Positions 1 through 12,529 of a stretch of 64,000 nt of DNA are shown here, in pieces. The position numbers and the translations under genes are program-made. The DNA lies in contig NIVC01000616.1 in the NCBI GenBank assembly GCA_002269645.1, positions 434,001 through 498,000 on the forward strand, given 5' to 3'. The notes under the pieces were generated by a model, which saw nothing but the letters and a program-made list of their open reading frames with translations, had not been told where the DNA came from and searched no databases. The DNA comes from Macrostomum lignano. Lineage: Eukaryota. Every line of letters begins with the position of its first letter. Position 1 is the stretch's first letter.

Positions 1-411
1 GCCGACCTGTGCGCTGTAGTGAGACGGCGCCAACGTCGATGTGGCGGTGACGCGGCTATTGATGCTCGTGAATACCGCATGATCCACCGGTGCCTGCAGC
101 GTCTGGCCAGCTGGCGCCGTCGTCGACCCCTGCCAGAGGGTCGTCGGAAGCGCCGAGGTGGCGGCCGCCGCCGCGAGAGAAGTTCTGACAATACCTTCGA
201 GTATGAAGCAGACCAGGACAGCCTGTGGCTCAGTCTGACATCAACGCTCGAGTCGGGAGGCGATGAGCTGGAGAGCTCCATCTACGACTACTGCCAGCTT
301 CCGGTGAGGCCCAGAGCCGACCTGGCAGCCTCGCCTGTCTACATCAACTTAACGGGAGTCCAAGGAAGCGATGAAAATCCGGTCGAAACAGAACCGGAGC
401 CGATTGTCTGA
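1..411 (+). CDS. 3' end (terminal exon) of an unidentified protein-coding gene truncated by the window edge
   Basis: Frame is open from base 1 to TGA at 409-411. Sequence is GC-rich then switches to AT-rich UTR-like DNA, with AATAAA near 861. Peptide has a basic stretch then an acidic/Tyr-containing tail (SIYDYC, VYINL). No family recognised. Confidence 0.5.
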   Translation, partial: ADLCAVVRRRQRRCGGDAAIDAREYRMIHRCLQRLASWRRRRPLPEGRRKRRGGGRRRERSSDNTFEYEADQDSLWLSLTSTLESGGDELESSIYDYCQLPVRPRADLAASPVYINLTGVQGSDENPVETEPEPIV

Positions 412-459
412 CAACTTTCAAGACAAAATTGTGAGCTACTCACGTGAATGGTTTGCTTC

Positions 460-517
460 GGTCACAATTACTGGTCACAATTACTGGTCACAATTCGGTC
501 ACACTTTAGTCACAATT
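460..517. repeat. short 13-bp tandem repeat (GGTCACAATTACT, ~4 decaying copies)
   Basis: Directly visible in sequence. Confidence 0.7.
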
Positions 518-1041
518 AAACTGGCAGAGTTTAATATATTTGAGATTGTTTATGCGTCAAACAGTTTCTGCACGCGTTACCAAATACTCGTATTTAGGTA
601 AAAATGCTAATTTTTCACCGGATCTTCATTCCGTCCAGACAATTGAATGATGTGGCAGTCGCATGAGGAATCTTTGTTTAACTTAAGCAATTGTTTTAAC
701 TTGTCCTACCCAAATTGTCTCATAAACTCTTAGAATATCGCTTAGGACAGGTAGAGGTCGCTAAAATTATCACTGAATCATTTTTTTACTATTTTTGTCA
801 ATAAGACCTACGTTATAACGGAAATCAATGATGAGACCAATTATTTGTCATTGTTATGTGAATAAAAAAATCATCAAGTGTAGAGCCACGCAGACAATTC
901 TCAGACTATCGGCATCGGTTCAAATTGGTGTATAAAAAGCATTAATTTACAGTTAGAGTTAAAGTTGTAATCAAGGTATGAAGCATGTATTAAAACAAAT
1001 ATTACAGATTAGGCTTGTGGTTGTCACTTTGATTATCGAAT

Positions 1042-2584
1042 TTAAACAAACGAGAACTTGGCAGCTATGCTCAAATGGTCTGACGCTAAATTGTGATCAG
1101 GTGTGCAGTCTTTGTCCCGCTGAATGTACCAAGAAGGCACCTCCAGTGCAGCCAGGGGCCGCAGGTGTTGCAATTCGTAGAAAATGAAGTCAACGCAGCC
1201 GGAGTTGTTGGTCAGGTTTAGAGTGCAGGCTGGCTCGCTGCCAAGTACGTCCAGATAGGCGCTGGAAATGCTTTGTCCTCGGCAAAATTGCTTGCCAGAC
1301 TCGCCTAATAAAACCTTCATCAAAGGTAGCTGCTGTTTCTGCGAAGACTCCCAGGAAGAACTGGTGCACTCTCCTGCCTTGCCCACGACGCAGTGATAGG
1401 CTAGGGAGTCTGGCGTGGAATTGAAATCGCCGCAGACAAAAAATGCACCACCTTTTGCGGCTGATGCGGTCTCCGCAATCATGGCAACGGCCTAGCAATC
1501 ATTGGTTGCGGGATTAAGAAGGAATTATATAATCAGGTGGAAAACTCGTATACGAGCTATGCTGTCTGAATTTGTTACAGTGCCTTCTAGGACTGGAATC
1601 AAGGGGGAATACAGCAACTCTATGTAACCCACAAGGCAGAGTCGTTTTTGTTTCTCCGCTTAAGCTCAGGGGAACGCTGGGATGCCAACAACTAAAAGGA
1701 ATTTCTGAGATTCCGAGGTTCAAGGCAAATTTGCGCTCGTACGAGCTATATTGGCCCTGAATTTCTCTGGCATCATCCGGCATGCACACTCTGTACCGTG
1801 GGGTCTATCGCTGCTCTGCCCCCCATTCTTAAATATCAGGCTTAGTTCAACTGTAATTATGCATTTATATAGTTTTGGTGTACACTTTAGTATGCAATCT
1901 CATGGTCACTATCGCCTGAGGTTGGCATGAGGTCTAGCTGACATGTAGGTCTATAGGTGAGCTACATTAACGCACCTGAGCTGCTCGTAGGTCTGGCTTC
2001 GGAGGTCTTTGATAACTAACATGAGCACTACCGATAGTCAACTGATGCCCAGTGGCCCTATGCTCGAGTCGCAGGAGGCAATACCGCTGCGGTGCCGATG
2101 CGTATTCAGAGAGCGCTTCAAAGTCCGGCTGTCCGGCATTCAGCCATCGAGCCGTCACCAAATCTGACAGACAGCCGCCGTCATTCAAACCCGAACTCTC
2201 TTTGGCGACGTTTACTCGTCGGAAAGTAGCGTCTCGGGCACAAATGACGACACCTTCGACTGGAGCAGCGCTGCGCCAACTGCAGGCACAGATTGTGAAT
2301 CCACGCAGCCGCAAGTCCGTCTCCAAATGTTGCACCCAGTAGTCCCTGTCGACTTCCTGCAGACAGAGTAGATCGGTGTTCAGACTTTCGAGTTCAGTGA
2401 TTAGCCTTAGGTGACGCACATCGCGATTCCAATTCTCCGGCTTGATTTTGTGAAAATATGACGATTTTCTGAGCAGCTGTTCCGATAAAATGTTGTAAGA
2501 GGCCAGCGTGAACGTTTCCTCTGTTGCATGCTGAGACACTGATACCCATTGTCGGGGTGGTAACTTTGGAAGCTCTTCCATCAT
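1042..2584 (-). CDS. CCR4/Angel/PDE12-family EEP (exonuclease-endonuclease-phosphatase) nuclease, 2 exons, ~352 aa; closest in style to Angel
   Basis: Exons 2584-1976 and 1491-1042 with a phase-0 GT-AG intron (CAG|GTGCGT ... CTAG|GCC). EEP motifs SYNIL, LCLQEV, CGDFNS, VDFIFY, SDHL. Confidence 0.85.
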
Positions 2585-4369
2585 TATTGCCCCAGATTGA
2601 TGATAAGCCAGTGTCTGAAATATGTATTGTTTAATTTTATGCCTGCAATATCGAAAAGTAGGAGCATATGGAATACCGGTCTGAAATAGACTTTTTTAAA
2701 TCATGCACGCAAGACGTCACACAATTGGTGCGCTTTATACATGCCACGCCAACTTTTCTAGGTACAAGGAAGCTGTGTTTCCACATACTAAATTTTTTAT
2801 CTAAAACTATATCTATGTATTTCTAGGTAAAATACACACCTTAGTTAACAAAACATTTTGTTGCGAATTTAAACTTTACTTTTGTGAAAATTACACAAAA
2901 ATATTAGAAATAGCTCATAAAAGTCTATAATTAACTGTGCTATCTAGCTAGCTAGCGAACTGCTAGCTAACCCAGTCCCAATTACTACATTGTACTGTAT
3001 ATGCACTATTCACTACGATACCATTACCAACTGATATAATTTGAATTTACCTATTATCAATTTGTACAGTTTTCCAGTCTTCTGTTGATTGAAAAAATAT
3101 TAAAATTATAAATTGAAGTGTCATGTACAAACTGGAAATATATATAAGTTGTTTTGCAAGTAATAAAAACAAAGACACACAAAAATACAAGCGTAAAATG
3201 TCATTATTTTTTCCTGCTCACGAGGTTTTATGCAAATTATTTTCTGTTATCAATTCGATTTTCTTTTTGAAAGTTACGATACAATCTCGACACTGCATAA
3301 TTAGCTTAGTAAGATAAAGATTAACAACACTCCAAGGGAGCAGAATACAATCAAATCAAATAAAATCGCACTACCTATTAGTAGTAACTTTTTATGAAGG
3401 AAGCTTTCTTAGAAAATATGTAACTTAAAAATCTGATTAAACAGCATTTTTGTAAATAGCTAGTTAATTTATTTGCTTTAATAAGCTTTAAATACTGTTT
3501 TTATTATTATTTTGTTTCGCAAAGCTATCAGCACAAAAAGCATTCGTATAACCTTGTTTTAATCGGCACTACAAATTTAAAAACTGATATCGTATTTTGT
3601 AGTAACTTATAGTTATTATTAAATATTATGTTAAGTGGAAGTTGAATGTAAAACAAACAACCAAAATGTTGCGACAATTAATGTCTTGCCCTCATGGTAC
3701 TGGTCAGTGGTCATGTCAAGGAACATTGACGTACGGATCCAGAAACTCTTAAAAAATCAAGTAAAATTTAGCTATATTTTCATAAATCTTCTCATATAAC
3801 TGCGTTGTTTGTAGTGAATGTAGCCTGTGGGCTGTGCCTGTAGCCGTGTAGGTATGTAGCTAGGCCTAGCTTGCCTAGCTGTACAAAACTGCCTTTTTGT
3901 TCCTAAAACTGGAATTTTTCAATTTAATAATATATATCTAAATGAGCCTAGCTGCCTAGGCGTTGCATTAGCAGCCAGTGTCAAAAAATACATATTGAAT
4001 AATGTTTATGTAGAATCAAATTAGGGCCTAATCCTAGATTCAGTTTCAACAATAAAGGACCCCTTTTGAGAAGCTAATAACCCTCTATTTGCAATAAATA
4101 TTGTTTATATATCACAAATAGAATAGGCCAATAGGCCCTACATTTCTTTAAATTAGGCCTAATTATGGCTACACTACTTTAGCCGTTTAGGGTTCAAGTT
4201 TTTTGTCATATTAGATTAGCACAAAAAAGCACAAAAACTTTGATATCTATGCTTTTTAATGCCTAATATTTACTGCCCCAGTTTACTTTTTGGTGCCTAA
4301 ATTATAGGCTAAAATTAGAATTGGACACAAAAATATAGAAAGTGAGTCGTAATTTAGTAATGAGTGCTT

Positions 4370-5393
4370 GGGAGCACCCCAACTGCCAGCCGGAAAACTG
4401 CCATCCGACAACTGCCAGCCGGAAAACTGCCAGCCGACAATTGCCAGCCGACAACTGCCAGCTGACAACTGCTAGTTGACAACTGCCAGCCGACAACTAC
4501 CAGCCGACAATTGCCAGCCAAGAAAACTGCCAGCCAGAAAACTGCCAGCCAACAACTGCCAGTTGACAATTGCCAGTTGACAATTGCCAGCTGGAAAACT
4601 GCCAGCCGAGAAATCTGCTAGCTGACAACTGCCAGCCAAAAATTTCTAGCTAATTGAATCTACTGTAGCCTACTTATTAGCTAAGTAAAAAGCACGAAAC
4701 TGTTTGGCTAGCAAAAGGCTTGTGGGGTAGCCTTAAACGTCGCCCTTCCCTTCCCTAATTTTTTCAGATTTCCATTAGAAGTATATATGTGAAGGAGAAA
4801 GCATTCAAATTTCATAATAGGTAGCCTTTGCTCTTTCTTTGAAAGCTTTATTTAAGTAAAGTAGTTTAATAGACTTATCTAAGATTGCGTCATATAGCAA
4901 TTGCAAATTAAATAATAAAGTTAATAAACTTTCAATACAGAAATATTTACAATAGGCATTACAGAATGCCTTCTCCTTCGCATATATACTTCTAATGAGA
5001 ATCTGAAAAATTAGGGTAGGGAAGGGCGACATTTAAGGCTACCCCACAAGCTTTTTGCTAGCCAAACAGTTTTGTGCTTTTTGGCAGTTGTCGACTAGCA
5101 GTTTTCCGACTAGCAGTTTTCTTGGCTGGCAATTGTCGACTGGCAGTTGTTGGCTGGCAGTTTTCTGGCTAGCAGTTTTCTCGGCTGGCAGTTTTCTCAG
5201 CTGGCAATTGTCAGCTGGCAGTTTTCCAGCTGGCAGTTTTCTCGGCTGGCAATTGTCGGCTAGCAGTTGTCGGCTGGCAGTTGTCGATTGGCAGTTGTCG
5301 ATTGGCAGTTGTCGGCTGGCAGTTGTTGGCTGGCAATTGTCGGCTGGCAGTTTTCCGGCTGGCAGTTTTCCGGCTGGCAGTTGGGGTAGACCC
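4370..5393. mobile_element. non-autonomous foldback DNA transposon with ~430-bp inverted arms and 8-bp TSD
   Basis: GAGTGCTT at 4362-4369 and 5394-5401. Termini GGGAGCACCCCAACTG / CAGTTGGGGTAGACCC. Arms 4370-4806 and ~4964-5393 are reverse complements, built of ~15-bp ACTGCCAGCCGACA/GGAAA subrepeats plus a unique inner part. Spacer is ~157 bp, AT-rich. No coding capacity. Confidence 0.85.
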
Positions 5394-5949
5394 GAGTGCT
5401 TTTTAGAAATTATTTACTTTAAGAACCAAGGTATTATTTATCTTTTAAAGCTGACCTACTGTTTTAATTTAAGCTTAACTTTAGCCTAATAGAAATATAT
5501 TAGCTGACCTTAGGTCTTACAAATGCTATATAAGCCTATATGCCTATATGTCTAAACTTTTAATAATACTAATAATACTAAATCTAAGGCCAATTGTTTT
5601 TTATTATTTGCTGAAAAGGCTCATAATATAATATAATTTAAGTTATTAGTAGTCTACATAGGACCAGATGGCTAAGGTCAGATGCTCAAGCAAAGCGGCT
5701 AGCTGGCCAGCTGAGAGGCACCAGTTGGTCAGGGCAACTCTAATTTCTATTAATTAAGACACTTGATACCTCTCACAATCTAAGTTGGCATTATCTAATC
5801 ACATACATTAATGCTTTTGGACTTCTTAAACTTTAGGCAGATATAAATAGTTGCAATTTTGATAGGATCATAATTTTGTGTCCATAGGGGTTTTTATTGT
5901 GCTGATTTCAAATTTAAACTTCATTTTTTGTAGCTTAAAGCCAACCTCC

Positions 5950-6730
5950 AGGGGATGGGGGGTTTTAGGATGGGAAAAATTTTCATAGGGAATGATTTTA
6001 CATACCAAAACTTTAATAGAAGCATGGAAGTCTATTGAAGATTAAGTATATAAATTTGGAGGCTGAGAGGATAGGGCAAGTCTTGGGGGATGGGGTGGGG
6101 ATGAGAGGGTGGGCTAACAACTAGAGGTTAAACAGGATCCCAATCCCAAAATCCCAGGATCCCAAGGAAAATTGTATTCCCGTGGGACCAGGATCCTAAC
6201 CCTAAAAAACATAAAAATTGGGAACAGATCTTTTGATCAAAAGTTTATAGAAATAGTGATTACTTAAATGTATTTTGTTTTAACTTGTGTTTATTACATT
6301 ATTACTTTGTTCATTACAAAACTTGGCATCAATTTTGTTGTTTTACTTTTGATCTTGACATTTTTTGCTCAATTTTGTTTAACTTTATATGGACCTACAA
6401 ACTACAATATACTAAAAGACCTAATCCCAAACCCAATCCCAATCCTGAGAAAAAAATTATTCCCAATCCCAATCCCACTTAAAGATTTCAATCCTGTCTA
6501 ACCTCTACTAACAACCACCAAAACAGGGCATGAAGAATGGAAGGTTTTGGGGAGAATCTTCATGAAGATGATTTTACATACCTAAACTTCAATAGCGGCA
6601 TAGGGGTTTATTGAAGATTATGTAGATAAATTCTGAACCCAAGGGGGGGTCTGATAGGGGGGGTGGCTAACAACCACTGACCACTAAACCACCAAGGCAT
6701 GGGGAATGAGGGGTTTTAGGGACAACTTTG
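5950..6730 (+). repeat. degenerate direct duplication (~2 copies), first copy interrupted by a MITE
   Basis: ATGATTTTACATACC...TATTGAAGATTA...GGCTAACAAC recurs at ~5990-6121 and ~6560-6674. Confidence 0.65.
6122..6507. mobile_element. hAT-like MITE (386 bp)
   Basis: TIRs TAGAGGTTAAACAGGAT / ATCCTGTCTAACCTCTA (16/17 match). 8-bp TSD CTAACAAC at 6114-6121 and 6508-6515. The paralogous empty site has a single CTAACAAC at 6667-6674. Confidence 0.85.
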
Positions 6731-7046
6731 AATGAAACTTTCAAATTTATGTTTAAAAGTTGTGATTCTAAAAAGTTTTATTCTCAAACATACAATTCTC
6801 CAAAACTCCTTGCATCAAATTATCACTAATTATATAGGGATTAGAAAATCAAGCTCCTGTTAACTGTGAAGGTAATTTTTGCAGTTTTTTTTGCTTTAAT
6901 ATCATTTTGAACAGCCTCTAAGAGTGACAAAAGTTTTAGAAAAATTGGAAAATCAGAAGTATTTTATATACCTTAAGTTCAAGAAGTCTGATTTCTTAGG
7001 GTCATATAACAGAATCATGCTTGGGTACAACCTAAAGATTTAACCA

Positions 7047-7159
7047 GCCATTTCTATTGGCAACACACACATGTAAGTCAATATTGGATGGAATAGTAGT
7101 CAGGTGACTGCTCTCAGCCAATAGCAACTTACATGTGTGTGGTTGCCAATAGAAATGGC
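7047..7159. repeat. 113-bp hairpin: ~32-bp near-perfect inverted repeat
   Basis: GCCATTTCTATTGGCAACACACACATGTAAGT (7047-7078) versus ACTTACATGTGTGTGGTTGCCAATAGAAATGGC (7127-7159), one indel. Confidence 0.85.
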
Positions 7160-7741
7160 CGAGTGATTCCCAAGGTTGTGCATGTATGTACAGAATGCCA
7201 CTTGTAAAGACTGATTGTAATAAATTTTGTCAAAAAACTTTTTATATGTTGATATAAAACAAAAATGATGGTAAATATCTAAGTTATATGTGTCTATAAG
7301 GCTATATATTAGTAGCATTATCTTTTTATTTATTTTTATTTATTAGGTTTTTATTGGTATTGATAGGTACTATAAATATTGTAATATATTAAATTACTCA
7401 AGTTCTACCATAGCTATGGATATAACCAAAGCAAGTTTTGGATATAGTGGGGTTTAGATAGAGTATATATATATAATTCTTGTATTTATTTCCTATATTA
7501 AAACTCTTAAAAGTCTTAAAACTCAAAATTATAAAAACATTAAAACCTTTGATTCTATCAATAAACTTTCTTAGCCCTTTGTAACCAAATGGCGTTCATT
7601 GACACGCAAAATATCATAAAATTTGATAGAATTCTAGATCTCATAATTTTTTAATCATGTTCTTTCAGCTTAGAGAGTTTCTATTTTCTAATCAGAATTG
7701 GCAGTTTGAGTTTTAAAGAAGACAAGCTATATATATAAGCA

Positions 7742-9687
7742 ATGGGCAATGCATCCAGTACTGGTGGAGGCTCTGCCCCCAATCAGCCGCAGCAGTCGGG
7801 GGCACCCATGTCAGCCTCGCCAGCAGCTGGAGATTCTACTACTGGTGGCGTCACCCTTGTGCCAAAATCCTCATCCTCACCTGGTCAAGTGGGAGCTGGC
7901 ACTGATGACAGCCAATCGGGCAGTGCGCCTATTCTGGCAGCTGTGCCAGAGGACAAGTATGCACTGAATCCGGGTACCAATGAGACTCTGCACAATAAGG
8001 TCAAGGACCTGTTTCCTACCCCATTCGATGGTGGAAAGCTGGTTGTTAATAAACCATTGAGTAATCATTTTCAGGTAAGTGGTGCGTTAAACTGCTGTTC
8101 ATATTTCAAACTCACAATTATTCTCTATTTCTTCAATTTCGGGATAATTATCCCTTATTCCCCAAATCCCAAGTTCTGTACCGGTGTATTGGGATATTTA
8201 TCTTTATTCCCCAAATCCCAAGCTCTATACCAATATCTGGGGATATTTATCCCTATTCCCCAAATCCCAAGCTCTGTACCGGTGTATTGGGATATTTATC
8301 CCTATTCCCCAAAACCCGAGCTCTGTATCAGTGTATTTGGATTTTTATCCCTATTCCCCAAATCCTAAGCTCTGTACCGGTGTATTGGGATATTTATCTC
8401 TATTCCCCAAATCCCAAGCTCTGCACCAGTGTATTGGGATATTTATCCCTATTCCCCAAAACCCGAGCTCTGTATCAGTGTATTTGGATTTTTATCCCTA
8501 TTCCCCAAATCCTAAGCTCTGTACCGGTGTATTGGGATATTTATCTCTATTCCCCAAATCCCAAGCTCTGTACCAGTGTATTGGGATATTTATCTCTATT
8601 CCCAAAATCCCAAGCTCTGCACCAGTGTATTGGGATATTTATCTCTATTCCCAAAATCCCAAGTTCTGTACCGGTGTATTGGGATATTTATCTCTATTCC
8701 CCAAATCCCAAGCTCTGCACCAGTGTATTGGGATATTTATCTCTATTCCCCAAATCCCAAGCTCTGCACCAGTGTGTTGGGATATTTATCCCTATTCCCC
8801 AAATCCCAAGCTCTATACCAATATCTGGGGATATTTATCCCTATTCCCCCAAACCCGAGCTGTGAACCAATGCCTTGGGAAAATGATCCCAAATTAAGTC
8901 ACCACCTGCAATTCCCCAGGCCTCGCACACGGTGGTGATGAGCAGCATCGACCCGTCACAGTCTGGCTACAAATACGGCATCACATTTGTTGGCACCAAG
9001 AAGTACTCCGAGTCGGAGGTTTACCCCATCCTGCTGGGCGAGTTCAGCCCAGCCGGGGGCGACCTGAACGGTCAAATCATTCACCAGCCTGCTGAGCAGT
9101 GGCGAGTGAAGCTGGTCTCCCAGCTCAAGCAGGGCAAGAACTTGGCCACCCAGCTCACTAACGAGTTCCGCTGGCCGAAGGCTAACCTGGCCGTGACGGT
9201 GGCCAATGTGGACCTGGAGCACCGCAGCGGCACAGTGGTGGCTGACTACATGCACACGGTGTTCGGCCGGCACGCTGTAGGCGGCATGGCCATTGTGGGC
9301 TGCAACCCTCGAATCCCCGGTGGCTACAATGCCGTGCTGGGCCTTGGCGCCCGCCTAGCTGGTGACAAGTGGCAGCTGAACCTGTCTGCCACTCCGCTGC
9401 ATGGCAGTTTCCACGCCTCCTACCTGCGCAAGCTCACTAATGAGCTGCAGCTGGTGTCCGACTGGGAGGTGGACCTGAGCCAGCGGGCCTCGCTAGGCAA
9501 CATCGGATACCAGTGGGAGATGCCGAAGAGCGGCTTCACATTCAAGGCCCGCATTGACACCGAATGGGTTGTGGCCGCTACTATGGAGAAGAAGTTGGCG
9601 CCGTTTCCCTTCACCTTTGCTCTGAGCGGCCTGGCGCACCAGGTCAAGCATCAGTACCGGTTCGGGATCGGCCTGGTCTTCCAGTGA
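7742..9687 (+). CDS. tomm40: mitochondrial import receptor subunit TOM40, 2 exons, ~366 aa
   Basis: Exons 7742-8074 and 8920-9687, phase 0 (CAG|GTAAGT ... CCCCAG|GCC). NPGT..LH.KVK.LFP, KLVVNKPLSNHFQ-ASHTV, YGITFVGTK and C-terminal RFGIGL match the TOM40 beta-barrel family. Confidence 0.95.
8130..8870. repeat. 49-bp minisatellite filling the TOM40 intron
   Basis: Unit GTATTGGGATATTTATCTCTATTCCCCAAATCCCAAGCTCTGTACCGGT, ~15 copies. Confidence 0.95.
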
Positions 9688-9819
9688 GGGCCTTGGGAGT
9701 CTGCCGCTGGCTGTCTGTTGGTCTGATTGTGTAGTTCATCTTTTTTATTCTTACTTTAGATTAATTAGTTTGCTGAAGTTTACTGTTTCATATTTGAGTA
9801 ATAAGTGTGCGATTTCTAA

Positions 9820-10410
9820 ACTCTAAATCTAAGGCTGATATTCTCCAACTCAAATCTAAGGGTGAGATTCTCCAATTCGAAATCTTAATGTAAGAGTGGG
9901 GATATGGAGATTCTCTAACTCAGAATCTAAGAGTGGGATTCTCCAATTCAAAATCTAAGGGTGAGATTCTCACATTCAAAATCTAAGGGTGAGATTCTCA
10001 CATTCAAAATCTAAGGGTGAGATTCTCACATTCAAAATCTAAGGGTGAGATTCTCACATTCAAAATCTAAGGGTGAGATTCTCCAACTCAAAACCTAAAA
10101 GTGAGATTCTCCAACTCAAAATCTAAGGGTGAGATTCTCCAACTCAAAATCTAAGGGTGAGATTCTCCAACTCAAAATCTAAGTGTGAGATTCTCCCATT
10201 CAAAACCTAAGGGAGAGATTATCCAAACGAAATCTAAGGGTGAGATTCTCCCATTCAAAACCTAAGGGAGAGATTATCCAAATGAAATCTATGGGTGAGA
10301 TTCTCCTACTCTAAATCTAAAGGATAAGATTATCTAAATCAAAATCCAAGGGTGAGACTCCTACTCAGAATGTAAGAGTGAGATTGTCCAACTCTAAATC
10401 TAAGGCTGAG
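9820..10410. repeat. 28-bp minisatellite downstream of TOM40
   Basis: Unit AAAATCTAAGGGTGAGATTCTCACATTC. Confidence 0.9.
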
Positions 10411-11299
10411 ATTATTAGCAAAAGCTTTTGGTCAGCTTCAAACTTTATATGAAATCTGAGATTCCCGCTCGCTGCCAGCCTAGATGGAGTTGAGTGATTT
10501 TGGCATTCCCAGCAGCGGCCGGCAGACCAAATTGACATGGATCAATGGATGAAGGCCCACACACAGCTACTGGCCACATTTCCAACTCTCTGCTAACCCC
10601 ACCTCAGCCTGTTAGATGCACTGTGCGATCTGCAATTCTCATGCGTGAATGCTAGTTTAAAACACTTCGCTTGTTATTCAACAAATTAATGGCTTCGTTA
10701 TGTTTTGTTTTGCAGTTATAATTCGATCTTTATGGAACAAAGTGTGTTGAATTGTATCGAGTAAATCTAGTTCTGGTAGTCTGTCCCGCATTTGTTTCTA
10801 TCACGGGCGGTTCGCATCATCCGTATATTTGCCTATAGTTCTTACTGTTCAATTTTAAAAGCACTGCTATTTGCAGCATTCACGCATTCAATAATCAATC
10901 AAGGATAGGTGAAAATAACCAGACGATAAATGTGCAGACAGCTCATATTAATTTGGCGTTATTTTTTACTGAGAAACAAAATACGGTTGTTGCCCATGAG
11001 GCTTTGTGGGACTTTCTCCGTGTTCTTTATTTGTTTTTCTACTACTGTTAGCGACAAATTTATTCGTTTCTAGGAAAGTTTTGAAGTCCTGAATTGTCAA
11101 CTGAAATACATAATTTATCGAGCCCTCTCGATTTTGCAATCTGAGGAATATAGTTCTTCGGGAAAACCACGGATACAGAAATAGATACGCTACTTGCAAA
11201 AGTTTTAAAAGTAGGCGTCTACTCTTTTTAAGTAGTTTGTACGCACAGTGTCGCTTAAATTTAACATGTCATAAAATTTCATTTCAGAGGGGTTTGCGG

Positions 11300-12400
11300 T
11301 CAAAAGTGGGATCACAAAGTCAAATGGGAATTTCAGAGGATTATTAAGCTCGAGATTAGGGATCACAAAGTCAAATGGGAATTTCAGGGGATTAAGCTCG
11401 AGATTGGGGATCACGAAGTCAAATTGGGTTTCAGGGGATTAAGCTCGAGATTGAGGATCACGATGTCAAATTGGGTTTCAGGGGATTAAGCTCGAGATTG
11501 AGGATCACGAAGTCAAATTGGGTTTCAGAGGATTAAGCTCGAGATTGGGGATCATAGTTTCAAATGGGATTTCAAGAGATTAAGCTCGAGATTGGGGATC
11601 ACAAAGTCAAATGGGATTTCAGGGGATTAAGCTCGAGATTGGGGATCACAAAGTCAAATGGGATTTAACGGGTTAAGCTCGAGATTGGGGATCACAATGT
11701 CAAATGGGAATTTCAGAGGATTAAAATCGAGATTGGGGATCACGAAGTCAAATTGGGTTTCAGGGGATTGAGCACGAGATTGGGGATCACGAAGTCAAAT
11801 TGGGTTTCAGGGGATTAAGCTCGAGATTGAGGATCACGAAGTCAAATGAGATTTAACGGGTTAAGCTCGAGATTGGGGATCACAAAGTCAAATGGGAATT
11901 TCAGAGGGTTAAGCTCGAGATTGGGGATCACAAAGTCAAATGGGATTTCAGGGGATTAAGCTCGAGATTGGGGATCACAAAGTCAAATGGGATTTAACGG
12001 GTTAAGCTCGAGATTGGGGATCACAATGTCAAATGGGAATTTCAGAGGATTAAGCTCGAGATTGGGGATCACGAAGTCAAATTGGGTTTCAGGGGATTGA
12101 GCACGAGATTGGGGATCACGAAGTCAAATTGGGTTTCAGGGGATTAAGCTCGAGATTGAGGATCACGAAGTCAAATGAGATTTAACGGGTTAAGCTCGAG
12201 ATTGGGGATCACAATGTCAAATGGGAATTTCAGAGGATTAAGCTCGAGATTGGGGATCATAGTTTCAAATGGGATTTCAAGAGATTAAGCTCGAGATTAG
12301 GGATCATAGTTTCAAATGGGATTTCAGGGGATTAAGCTCGAGATTGGGGATCACAGTCAAATGGGATTGCTGGGGATTAGGCTAGCAAACCGGGGATTAG
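11300..12400. repeat. ~47-bp minisatellite immediately upstream of REV1
   Basis: Unit GATTAAGCTCGAGATTGGGGATCACAAAGTCAAATGGGATTTCAGGG with length variants. Confidence 0.95.
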
Positions 12401-12529
12401 AATCCCACAGCTTCAAGTAGATTTTAGATAAAGGACTGCTAGCGCAAATAAAAACTGACCAGTTGAAACTGGATATTCCAGCCGCAGGGTATTGAAGGCA
12501 AACAATATCCGTCCGGCAATTCATAAACA

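Noticed and set aside
4283-5489. ORFs with repeated SAGSC/WQLS peptides
   Set aside because: They derive from the foldback element's subrepeats.
10430-10900. GC-richer unique segment after the 28-bp array (short ORF MELSDFGIPQQ...)
   Set aside because: Too short, no recognisable homology, and no convincing splice link to TOM40; possibly 3' UTR.
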